A stretch of DNA of 64,000 nt, taken from Podarcis tiliguerta. Its lineage: Eukaryota. The DNA lies in the NCBI GenBank assembly GCA_965153285.1, contig OZ229111.1; one strand, written 5' to 3'. Position numbers and translations under genes: made by a program. The stretch's first letter is position 1. The number at the start of each line of letters is the position of its first letter. The notes under the pieces are model-generated. The model saw only the letters and a program-made list of their open reading frames with translations, had not been told where the DNA came from and did not search any database. This document shows, in pieces, positions 51,153-62,649 of this stretch.

Positions 51153-51686
51153 CATCTTTTTTCCCTTAAACCCCCCCCCCCAAAGCTTAGCATTTCTAGA
51201 CTACTTGGTTTGTCAGAATTTTTCTGTTCAGACCCTAGAAGATAACCTGGTTATCACGTTTCATGTAGAAAAGGCCAGCAGGTGTGTTAGGGAGCCTTGT
51301 GCATTATACAATCACTTGGTAAAAAAATACATTCTCAGCCAGAGTGGGAAGGAAAAAAGGGTAATTGTTAGGAATGGGTGGGTTGGACTCCCTAGCTCCT
51401 ATAAGACACATTGGCTCCCAGAAAGGTTCAGATCAGGAAAGATTCGTAGCTCACAGTAGGAGGATTAGGGTAAGGACTGGGCTTAGTGGCCTCTTGGGAA
51501 GAAACCTCTGAAAGATAAAATAGCCTCCCTGAAGCTGATAGATTAGAAAGAACAATGGAAGCAACACAGTGGACCAAACAAAAAACAAAAAAACACACCC
51601 ACAAAATGGAAGCCCCATACACCCTCCTTCAACAGCAGCAAGAATTCAGTAGGAGAGCAGCACAAGCTAAGCCTACCCAAAGATAC

Positions 51687-51872
51687 CTTGATAAAAGCAT
51701 AGCCAGCTCCGTTGTCCGTGATGGTCAGGCCCAAGGCTTCCTCAGATTTGAACACCTCAACCTCCTTTCTCTGGCCCTTTGTGTGGGCGAAGATGAAATC
51801 CTCTAGGCCAATCTGGCCACCCAACAGTTTTTCCATGTCCACTTTGTGGGTATTTAAGGTGCAGAACATCAC
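51687..51872 (-). CDS. GIPC1: GIPC1 coding exon 2 (end of GH1, start of PDZ), 186 nt
   Basis: [62 protein letters not shown], including the PDZ carboxylate-binding loop ALGL. Acceptor CTAG|GTG, donor AAG|GTATCT, phase 0/0. Confidence 0.98.
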
Positions 51873-52154
51873 CTAGATAATGGGAAAGGAGGCATGAGCA
51901 CTTGACGTTACAGGCATCCTAACCGCTTTTAGAGATAGTACTCCAAGTGCACCAGTGGGGTCTGCTCCTTCAGTTCGAGAAGTAAGAGACCTGGAAGCTT
52001 TTGGCCACAGACCTCCAGCATAAGCTCCCAGATATTTACTTAAACACAGCCTCATGCCAATCCAAACTGTGGTTGACCCTGGCACCTGCCCCACCCAAGC
52101 TGAGTTAGCCATGCCATCCCCAACACTAAAGGAAAACATGATGATTGTGCCTAC

Positions 52155-52436
52155 CTCCGCTGGTGAGATTTTAAAGGCCTCGGCAATTTTACTGTACAGT
52201 TCTTTGACATTGGTAAAGCCCTCGATCCGGCCAGTGGGGCTTCCGTGGGCCAGCTGGGTGTGGAACACAAGTCGAGGGCGGAGGCTGGCAGGGGGTGGGG
52301 GGAGGCCAGGCTGAAGTGCCCCAACCACGCCAACGCTGCCTACCCCCAGCCCGCCCAGGCCACTGCGAATGGGCTCGGCTTCCTCATTCTCCACCAGCGG
52401 TGGGGCCTTCTTCCGTCGGCCTAGTCCAAGCGGCAT
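52155..52436 (-). CDS. GIPC1: GIPC1 first coding exon (N-terminus and start of GH1 domain), 94 codons
   Basis: Translates [22 protein letters not shown]...[43 protein letters not shown], the diagnostic GIPC1 N-terminus. Donor GAG|GTAGGC at 52155/52154. Upstream acceptor (pyrimidine tract...CCCCTAG|G) puts the exon start at 52487, giving 51 nt of 5'UTR. Confidence 0.98.
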
Positions 52437-52854
52437 GAGGGAGATGTGGCCAGTCAGCAGCGAGGGTCAGTCGCCCAAGGTATGGACCTAGGGGCACAAA
52501 GGAGAGCACAAGGTGAAAAGGAGGAAATGAAAAAAGACAGGCAAGCCTCTGGAAAGACGCATTATCTTGAATTCTAGGGAGCACTTTTCCAACAAGGAAG
52601 AAAGGAAGCTGGACCAGAAACAGGTATAGAACTTAATATCACTAGACAACAGCAGTTCTCTATTTGTACCATCAGGTCGGGTAGACACAGTTTATAAGTA
52701 AAGTAGTCTTGCAAATAAGATCACAACAAAATCTTACTGGCTTGCCTGCTCACACCTATCTACGGTAGCCCCTTGTGGTAGCCTGAAAAGAGTGAAGAGC
52801 AAGGAAGGAAACAAAGCTTTCCCCCATTTATAAGCATTTCAATATTCCTGCGCA

Positions 52855-52912
52855 GCAGAGAGTTCGACTAGAAGACCCTTTGGCTCCATTCCAACTCTAC
52901 GGTTCTATGATT
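52855..52912 (+). mobile_element. Very short CR1 3' end
   Basis: gactagaagacc...ttccaactctacggttctatgatt, a CR1 terminal hairpin plus octamer tail. Confidence 0.6.
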
Positions 52913-53488
52913 TCTCAGTTTGGCAAATGGCTTTGGGATATGTGTTTCTTGGGGACATTTTGCCTTGTTGTGGAAACTAGGGTTTTATGCAGGCAATCTA
53001 TGTATGTACGCAGATCCCAACTACATCATGGCTTTTGCACAGAAGCGCCACAAGTTCCAACTCATAGGCACGAGACGGCAAACAACTACCGTGGGAGTTC
53101 TGTATCCCACTGGGCTTTGCTTGGGAAAAAGGGATGGCTGTAGCTCAGTGGCAGAGCATCTGCTCTATATGTGGAAGGACCCTAGTTCTATCACTGCTGT
53201 CTAAAGGCAGGGATGGGAAAGACTCGCAGCTTGAAACCCCATAGTGCTGCTGTCAGTCAGCGTAGAAATTACTGAGCTAGACCAATGGCATGACTTTGTA
53301 GGAGGTAGCTTCCTATGTTCCTGTGGAAATGTAATAGCCAGACCAGCTGTCACAGTTAACTCTATTATGGAAGTACAGTATGTAAAACAACAATATCCAT
53401 TGAACCAGACAACAACAAACAGGCCAGCTATGATACCAGTAATTTGTACAGTTCCTTTTTATAATTGGCATACAACACACACATATAA

Positions 53489-54655
53489 GGGTTGTGTTAT
53501 TGCCCCAACTCTATTATTTTCATCGCCATGATCCTACACATTGTTGAAGGGAAACTCCCCACCAGAGTAGAAATCATATATCAAATGAATGAAAAGCTCT
53601 TTAATCTGAGTAGGCTGAAAGCAAAAAGTAAGGTTACAATAACTTCTGTCATAGAGCTTCAGTATGCTGATGACAAAGTAGTGTGCGCACACTCAGAGGA
53701 TGACCTCCAAACCATCCTAAATATATTCACAGAATCTTATGGAAAGCTTGGCCTATCGCTCTATATCAAAAAAACCAAAGTGCTGCACCAACAAGCACAA
53801 AACAACCCCTTTGCAGCACCACAAATTCAACTTAATGGTGTAATGTTGGAAAATGTCAATCACTTTTCCTACCTGGGCAGTTATCTTTCCACAAGGGCCA
53901 ACACTGATGCCGAAATCCAGCATCGCCTGAGCTATGTGAGCGCAGCTTTCTCCCAATTGAAGCACATAGTGTTTGAGGACCGGGACATTCTCAGGGAAAC
54001 CAAATTGCTTGTTTACAAAGCTATCATACTACCAACTTTACTGTACGTTTGTTAAACGTGGACTACTTATAAACACCATCTCCAACTGCTCGAAAGATCA
54101 CATCAACACTGTTTCTGAAAAATTTTACACATCACTTGGGAAGACAGGCTACTGGAAGAAGCAAAGATCACCAGTGTCAAAGCAATGATTCTTCAACATC
54201 AACTTTGTTAGACTGGTCATGTTGTTTGGATGCCTGATTATCGTCTTCCAAAGCAACTACTCTATTCCCAACATAATAATGGAAAGCGAAATACCAGTAG
54301 ACAACAAAAGAAGTTTAAAGACACTCTCAAGGCAAATCTTTAAAAATGTAGTATAAGCACTGATAACTGGGAAACACTGGCCTGCAAGCACTCCAATTCG
54401 AGAACAGCCTTTACCTAAGGTGTAATGGACTTTGAAGAAGCACAATCTCTGGACAAAAGGGAGAAACAAGCTAAGAGGAAGGCATGTTTGGGAAATCCTC
54501 ACCATGATAAACTCCTGCCTGGAAACCTATATCCCCACTGTGGAAGGATGTGTGGATCCAGAATTGACCTCCACAGTCACTAACAGACTCACTGTTAAGA
54601 CCGTGTTCATGGAAACAATCTTACTTGGCTATGAGTTATCGCCAAAGAAGAAGAA
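53489..54655 (+). mobile_element. RTE-clade LINE 3' fragment (reverse transcriptase C-terminal half, degenerate)
   Basis: GCVIAPTL (RT motif) followed by ORF 53492-54055 with ELQYADD and ...GLSLYIKKTKVL...FSYLGS. Stops and frameshifts downstream; (AAG)n tail at 54645-54655. Confidence 0.92.
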
Positions 54656-57600
54656 TTACTAGCATACTCCTAACATGTACAATTAACTCAGTCACAATGC
54701 AAGCTTTTAAAAAAAAATTGTATTGGAAAATTTCCAGTGGTTTTTCCTATGCAAATTTGCATAGGGAAATTTCAGTTTGCATCAGGAAATTTTCCCTAGA
54801 GAATGATCTAATTAGCATGTTTGCTTAACTTGTATTTAATAAATGAAGCTACAAACTCTGATATTGCCAATCTTACCTAATATTTACTTGCAACTGACAT
54901 CCATTAGTTGTCACAAATGAACTTATGAAATGGAAAATTTTCCACAGAGAAGCATATCACAGGAAAGTTCTCCATTTTGCAAGATTTTCTGCCCTGCATC
55001 TCAGTAAGTCACAGTTAGCTCAAGCTTTCTAGATACGTATGCCTATTCCGTTTGTGGTTGTCTGACTACAGGAACTCTATTTGGTGAGTGGACACACACA
55101 GAGGAAACAAAATGGGGAAGATAGGAGCATGGATCTAGACTTTAATCCCTTTGCCATGTTATATCTGACTTTTATCTCCTGACTTCTGAGCTTCACCTGA
55201 AGCGAGAGGTTTCTAGTTTTGCTTGCTGAAAGGCTTATAAGATCCTGAAATCTTGTGAAACACAGAAAGCCTATTGTTGAATTCAAGTTGGGAGGCTGCA
55301 TCACAGAGACAAGATTTTGCTGTCTGCTGAAGAGAGAACATTCCAGTTGTTCGAAGTTACCAGTGACAGGCTGCACTGAGGCTATATATGAATTGGGTTT
55401 TTTGTTTTAACATTGAAACTGTAATTTAAAGATGCCTTGGTCAACCGCTGCATATGTCGCTTACTCCAGAAAATGCTCACAGAGATGATGCACATTTTCT
55501 ATTAACCAGGGAAAGGGGTTAATGAGTAGAAAATAAATCCCGTTTTAGATAGATGACGTCGATGTTTCATCACCTGGATTTTATCACTCCATGATTGTCC
55601 AGAGGTGAATACTGTCCAAACACCTTTTAGCTGTTTGTATATGCGCACTTGTTTAACTGCCTCCATAAGCAAAAAAAGGTTTTTATCTATGAAATGGAAT
55701 TGGGACATATTAATTATCTGCCATGAACTACTAAGGTTGTAGAGATCGGGCTCTGGGCAGCAGTCTAATTGCACAGCCATTTGCTGCTGTTAAACCTCGA
55801 CTCCCAGCAAAACACACTTGCAGCACTCAAGAGAAAAAGAGCACATCCTCAGAATGAAGGAAAAGCAAACAGTGGGAGATTAAGCATCCTAACATTCACC
55901 ACTTTTAAAAGGTAAGACAATGTTCCCATGTTGAAGCAGTACACTAGGGAGCAGTTCACCACTAAAATGTGTTTTTTAAAATCGAATGACAAGGCCACAC
56001 AACAGTACAGGCCAGGTTTGTTTAGAGGTGGGGCAAAAAGAGGGGTGTTGTCTCTCATCTTTCTCACCACAGGCTATATCCAACAGGCACCTGAAATGCT
56101 CACATGATATTCCAACACAGGAGTTACAATGGCTGTGACCACAAGAAGAGCCCTGATGGATCAGACCAAAGAGTGATCAAGTCCAACGTATCATTTTCAA
56201 CAGTGGCCAGCTAGATGCCTCTGGGAAACCCACAAACAGGATATGAGAGTATGAGGGCACTAGCCCTCTTCTATGCTTGCTCCTCAGCAACTTGAACTCA
56301 GAGGTATATTTCCTCTGATCCTGGAGGGTAATATACAGCAACCATGATTAATAGTCAATGATAACTCTGATAGGTGAGCATGCTTTGCTCTCTTTCAGCT
56401 ATGAAATGGACATCTTTCAAAGCTGGATTCAGTACAAGAAGCCACTGTCAAATCTCAGGTCTGAGTTCATGTTCAGTACTGCTCATCGCTCCATAACACA
56501 CAGGTACACATTTGTGTGGGTTACAAAGGTTTATAATGAATAATACAAGTACCCAAGTCCTTTCTGTAGGAAGTTAACAACTAATTGTAACAAGAACCAC
56601 CAAAAGGTAAACACTATCAGATTAAGATTTAAATACAGTAAACCAAAGATTAGAAATAACTGGAAGAAAAAGTCAAACTGTCAAGACTTTGGTTTAGAAG
56701 TGTCTGTGTGTATTAACAGGAGACAAATTATTGCTCCAAGTTAAAAACTGTGCATAATGCAGACAAATCACATAACAAAGATACCCTAAAATAGTCTTTG
56801 GGTCCAACAACATGACTCTCTCCTAAAGGAAAAGGCCCTTGAGTAATACAGCAGGACACAAGATCCTAACCTTTCTGCTAATTTACCGGTATGTGCATCT
56901 CCAAACCAGTCCTTGGGAACGTGCAAGTGTTGGGACTGGCGCAGCAGGAGCAAGCCTCTGACGCCTCTGTTCTGGGATCAGGGTGGAGCAGGCCTTTGCA
57001 AGTTGATTCAGAGCAGAGAAACAGGCTACAGGGTGTTCCCTAGAGGGTGGGACAGCAAGGGAACGCAGCCAAACCTGTGAGTGCTCCACACTGAAGAACA
57101 GCTAAAGCAAACTACAGGGCAAGGCATTCCACATTCTAAGCACAGCCTTCAGCATTGTCAGAACACTACTGCCAACAACACTTCCCCTTCAAACACTGCC
57201 AAAAGTAACTATTTTCAAAGCAATATTTTGTCTCCTTTTATGCTGCAAGTTCCACTGAGGTCTGGCTTGCCCCATCATTTTCAGCTCCCAGAGATCATTA
57301 CACTATTCTGCACTTGCATCTGTCTCCCTTGACTTCTCTCCCAAAGTCTGCCAGAGAACAAGATCTTATCCCTGTTTCAGTAATACATTCATATCCCGCC
57401 TTTCCTCCAAGGGGCTCACTGAGATAAACATGGTCCCCTGTGCTAGAAAAAGGGGTGCTGGAACTCACCATGAAAACCTCCCTCGTTCTCTTAGAATGGC
57501 AATGGCATCTACCTGAGAGGTGCCGGAACTGAGTTTCTCTGAGTTCCCCCTAAAAAAGCCCTGGTATTCCTCCCCTCCCTCTTTTATTCTCAGCACCCAT

Positions 57601-58574
57601 TTGAGGTATGTCAGGCTACAAGATGATGATTTGCCCAAGTTGACCCAGTAAGCTTCACAGTTCAACGTTGATTTGAACGTGGGCCTCCCCCGTCTTCCTG
57701 ATTCACAATATTCTCATTTCAAGCAATTATGAAAAATATAATCACACACTCCAGAGCGTAAACCCATCAAGACTATAGGCATTTACAGGTCATGGAATTA
57801 GCTCTAAACAAGACTCCTCACGGGTGCTGAATTTTAATTTGTCTAGACAGCAGACATACAGGAGACAAAGTGCTGACAAGGCCCCATCTTGGCAGAAATG
57901 CAGAAGGCAAAAGGCTGAAAGCCCTAAAGCTATAATCTTTACCTATAAAACAAATCATTTTGAAATACTGACACATCTAAACTTAAACTAGCATGAAGCA
58001 TCCTAAGGATTTCAAAATTTAAAGCACAATGTATAGTTTTGGGGAGGGCCAAATAACTTCAGAGATCTGCTCCATAAATCCTACTCAAGTTTTGTTGACA
58101 TTCCATACTGAACTAGAGATTTCTCTGCAGCTGACTAGGATAGGTGTTAAAATGCTAAGCCTTGAATAACTGGAGGCCTCAAATGGATTTTTGTGGTAAT
58201 GCCTCTGTATTAAGATAGGAATTATTTCACCTAGGCCTAAACAATCAAGAGGAGGCTTGCCAAACCTCCTCTTAAACTCTCCAGTGAAGATGGCCGTGAA
58301 TTCACTAGCTAACTAGCCTCCTATCTCTGCTGCTTTTACAGCTAAGGATTTGCTTTCTAAATTTTTAACAAAGCCTTTGTTTCCTGCTGTTAGAAACACT
58401 ACTGGTTGACTTCCACCTGTTAACTGTTCGTTTTAACATCAAAATCCATGTGCTTGCACACCCTATAACTTAAACATATTTATTTCTGTCATCACCTATC
58501 CCCCAGGTTCTCCAGTACTGTGTGTACGTTTACTTAGCTGGGGCAACCCAGGCAGATAGGTGGGGTACAAATTT

Positions 58575-58601
58575 CATCATCATCATCATCATCATCATCA
58601 T
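58575..58601. repeat. (CAT)n microsatellite
   Basis: Read directly; it explains the poly-H/I/M ORFs. Confidence 0.95.
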
Positions 58602-60699
58602 CGGTATCCCCTTGAGTCCAAGAGGATTTTCTCCCATGTTAGGATTGCAGTTGAAGTATTTCCCTTTGAAGTGCATCTCATTACCAGCAGCCTCACTAGC
58701 TGTTATTACCATCACTACTATTTAACCTTTTTTATTGTCTATGTGAGACACTGCACTGACCTCACGTATAAAAGCCGCTCCTGCCCAGATGGCTTACTAT
58801 GTAAGACTGGGAGGACAAAGATGAAGGGAAATAACAGGAAGAAAGTAGCAAAGGGCAGGTGGGAGAGGGTTGTATTTACTATTACTCCTGCATGTTAACA
58901 GGATCAAAATGAAGGCACAAATGACTTGGACGGAATACTTTGTGCATCACAGAAAATCCTTTGCTATTCTTGCAACAGACCACATTCAATTTGTGATCCA
59001 CAATTACCATTGAATCCTTATCAGCAGAGCTAGAGCCTAGCTAGCCTACTTTTTCTAATACTATAAGTACATTATACCAGACAGTTGCTACATCCCACAG
59101 CAGGAAAGCATGTGAGCGACAGTGTTACTTCACCAACATCAACACAGAGGTGGGTGGGGAGACCTTTCAGCAATTTTGTTTTACTCTTCTGATGAATACT
59201 GTATTTGGAAAGGAAAGATGGTCAGAATCATCAGGGTTCCTCCCTGCCTCTGCTCCCTGGGTTCAGCAAGAGAAGACAACAAATGGCACCTCACCCTACA
59301 GTGGGCGCAGTTTCCTGCTTCAGGAACCAGTGACCAGTGACCTCTTGGCAGTAAGTGAAGGAAGGTCCCTAACATTAGGTGGGGAAGAGAGTGTAAACTG
59401 GCAGGCCTGAGGAAAAGGGTGGGCTACATTATACACATCTGCATGAAAAGGCCAATTCATATCTCACCAGTAACAGAAATATACTGTATACTGAATGCAT
59501 TATACAAAGTCACCAATATCCTGTTATTGGAACATATTATGCACATTCATCCACATTTACTCCTTTTTCATCATTATTTTACCTGCAAGATTTAAGATTT
59601 CAAAGAATTTGGAGCATTTTGCAAAATGTAGAAAGCCAGAGGAGAATCAGTGATTAGGCTTAAATGGTCAGCAGGAGGGGAACAGAACATGGTGGCCACA
59701 GGAGAGAATAAATGTGTATGGCGCTGTATTGTAAGATTTCACACAACTTTGGTGACAGGTTATGCCTGCCAAGCATCTACCCACCCCTTCCTTGTTAAAA
59801 TGGTAAGGGGTGGTAATAGAACAGACTGTGTGCATCCCTTCTGACCTAGATAAGGAGTAGTAAGCTTTTGAATGCCTCTGAAGAGTGAAATGGAAGCACT
59901 TGCCAGTTTTGCCAGTTGTTGAATAGCACCTAGGTTACAGAGCACAAATCTTTTTTCTCCAACTTCCTCAAACGTTAACACCCTCAACAGATTACCTGTA
60001 GCAACAAAAGGACAAAAGTCCAACACCTTATACCACTGAGCCAATCATTAAAAGCATAGAGGAACACCTTCTGAATTCAGCAAAAGAGCCTTCAGTTAGG
60101 GAAGATGGAAGCCCATAATGCAGAAGAATGGCATATAGTACACAATTTAGGAGAAAGATCTGACAAAACTGCATTTCTCCCCCCCCCCCCCCTTCTCAAG
60201 TCTCCTGAGAAAGCAGGGGTGCTGACCTCACTGGAGAGATGTTAAATAGACAGGAAAGCCAGTTTCCTCTGCTACTAGGCATTGGGTGTTGCTACCGAGT
60301 TTCCCTCAATTCCTACACTACAATAAAAGGAAAACAGAAAAGTCAGTTTCGGTAGTGAAACTCAATCCTCCCATCAATGATAACACAGAGACACCGACCC
60401 ACACACTCTCCTGAGCCCACTTGGCATCAGGAACAGCAGGAAACATGGAACTCAGCACACTTTGAAACAGGTGGGTCTTTATCAGGCACTTGTTAAACCA
60501 CCTTATTTTATATTCTCTGAACGTAGCAGGATAGTTCAAAAACTCCTCACCTAACTTAATAGTACAGAGCGGACCTACATGGGCGTTTATTTAATCGCCT
60601 ACCCCCTTTTACTAATGGAAGGGGGAGCAGACGGTGAGGGAAGAGAAACTCTCAGCATGTGCAGAAAATAACACCCTGAAATTCCAAGTCACAACACAC

Positions 60700-62230
60700 C
60701 CAGGGGCTCCATTCAGAGAACCCAGGAGTCCGGGCTGCCGCTCCAGCTGGCAACTCCCCTCAAGAGCAGGGCAACGGCACTACTTTCCCTACGTGTTTTG
60801 TAGCCAGGCAACCCCGGCGGGGCTTTTTGCATCTGCAAACGGGCAGGAAGCTCCCTCCCGCCGGGTGGGGGTTGGGGGGAAGAGCGCTGGATGCCAGGAC
60901 TCCTGGGTTCCCCCTCACCCCTAAATCTCGCTTCCTCTTAGGAGCTGCCCCCACTTCTCCCCCTCCCCCCAGCTCCCTTCCCTCGCAGCGTAGCCGACAC
61001 TCCTCCCCCCGGAGCCCCTCTCCTTAGGCAAGGCACGTCCATTCCCTTCTCCTTCTCCTTACCAGCGTCCCTTTCCTCGCCGGGCCCGTCCCTCAGCCAA
61101 ACTACAACCCCGCGCAGCCAGGCCTGTCCCTCAGCAGGAGGCGGGACTTAGAAACCGCGCCTACTAGCCAATTGGAGCGCGCTTCGCCTCCTTCCTTGGC
61201 TAATCACAGGTTGCCCTCCCAAAGCAAGGAGAACATTCCGGGTCCTTCGTATCAAGTTCCACACAACCGCCGCCACCCCCAGCTTCGAGATGCAATGGAA
61301 GGGGTGGGATGGGGTTGCGGAGCAGAAACGCAGAGCGGGTGGAACATACCATCCTCGAGGGGGGGGAGAGGTGGATAGTAACCATCCAGGAAGGGCTTTG
61401 GGGATAACTGCCCGCGGCCCTGAACCCGCCCAAGCGCCCTCTCCTCCTCCCCCCGCCCGCACCCGGCTCGCGTCCGTGTTCTCATTGCCTTCTAGTGGCC
61501 AATTCTGTCACTACAGCGCGCTTGGAACCAATGGGAAGGCGGGAAGCCGGGCGCGGCCTGAGCCGGAGGCGAATTAGCTGCCCCGGGTTGAGGGAGGGGG
61601 AGACTTGTCTGTGCCTGGCGCTTAGCAGCCGAGCGCCGGGGTGGGAAGGTGCGCTTATTCTGATCACGCCTTTTCTTTAGGTTAGGGGCGGACCGGAGTT
61701 CACCACTTCGGCCTCGCCCCGGAACCTGTTGTGAATTCGAGGGGATCGAAACATACAAACCTGGAGAACTACGCGCTTTTCCTTCACGCGAAACCAGCCC
61801 CACTACTTCTCGTCCCGCAAAAGCCTCTCCCTCCACTTTAGGCCGTAGGAGAGGCGGTTCTTGGGGGGCAGCGGTGGCGTCCAAAGCTCGGGGGGGGGGG
61901 GACCCACATGTCACAGCCCACTGGTGACCGAGAGAGGGCGTCTTGCCCACTTTCAGAAACGGGGTGTCAATATCCGCTCACCACGACGGACATCACACCC
62001 ACACCCACTTTTTCCTTCACTGCGTCGAAGAGAATCTCCCAATTCTTGTTGATTTCTAAATCTGAATTAAAATGCCATTGAAATCAATTGGGCGTGACAG
62101 AATTATCATAGATTAGGGCGGCCCATTGTGAACACAATGGTGCTTGCCTTTGAGTAAGTATCTCGAGCGCCAGTCCTACCATTAGGCAAAGCGAGGCAGC
62201 AAGGAAGCTCAGCAAAGCACTCGCAAACGC
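60700..62230. promoter_or_regulatory. CpG island / GIPC1 promoter region
   Basis: Sharp rise in GC and CpG density. CCAAT boxes at 61168-61175 (palindromic CCAATTGG), 61499-61503 and 61528-61532. GC box GGGGCGGAC at 61685-61693. ACTACAACCCC (ZNF143/THAP11-like) at 61101-61111. Lies 5' of the GIPC1 coding exons. Confidence 0.85.
61063..61135 (-). other. GIPC1: Candidate non-coding exon 1 of GIPC1 (5' end approximate)
   Basis: Strong minus-strand donor CTG|GTAAGG at 61063/61062 inside the CpG island, about 100 nt downstream of a CCAAT box. The TSS cannot be determined from sequence. Confidence 0.55.
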
Positions 62231-62256
62231 ATAGGTCATATAATAATACCCTGTGT

Positions 62257-62408
62257 CAGTGGTTTTCCCCCCCTGGGGGGACACAGGGGTACGCATACCC
62301 CTAAACATTTTGTGAATCTAAGTTTGGCTTCATTGAGGGGCAGTATTCCAATATGAGTAGGAAAATGAGAGTACCCCTCTCATTATTTATTTTTAGAAAA
62401 AAGCACTG
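62257..62408. mobile_element. hAT-like MITE
   Basis: CAGTGGTTTT ... AAAAAAGCACTG termini. Confidence 0.65.
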
Positions 62409-62435
62409 CATATAATATACAGCTGTGGCTCTTCC

Positions 62436-62649
62436 AGGGCTAGCTCACCCACAAGTCAAGGTGAGGCAACTGCCTCGGGTGGCAGGATCCACAGGGGCAG
62501 CAGATCCCGCCTCTCTGTGAATAGGAAGCAATACTGGTCTCCTCCCTCCTTTGTCCCTGATATATATCTTCACTCTCCCCATCTGCTCTAGCAGGGACAC
62601 ACCATTTTGTGGTTCATCTCAGGTGTCAAAATGCCTTGGGCTAGCCCTG
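62436..62649. mobile_element. MITE with CAGGGCTAGC TIR
   Basis: CAGGGCTAGCTC ... GGGCTAGCCCTG. The internal gtgaggcaactgcctc motif also occurs in decayed copies at about 4845-5085, 8065-8245 and 20290-20570. Confidence 0.6.

Noticed and set aside
53150-53225. tRNA-like sequence (gctgtagctcagtggcagagc)
   Set aside because: No complete cloverleaf; it continues into a SINE body shared with 12170-12330.
53492-54055. 187-aa reverse transcriptase ORF as a possible domesticated gene
   Set aside because: 5'-truncated, frameshifted and followed by stops and an (AAG)n tail, so an ordinary dead RTE copy.
55321-55370. CTGAAGA...GAACA-loop-TGTTC-GAAG hammerhead look-alike
   Set aside because: It has extra core nucleotides, GAAG instead of GAAA and no proper stem III, so it is probably chance.
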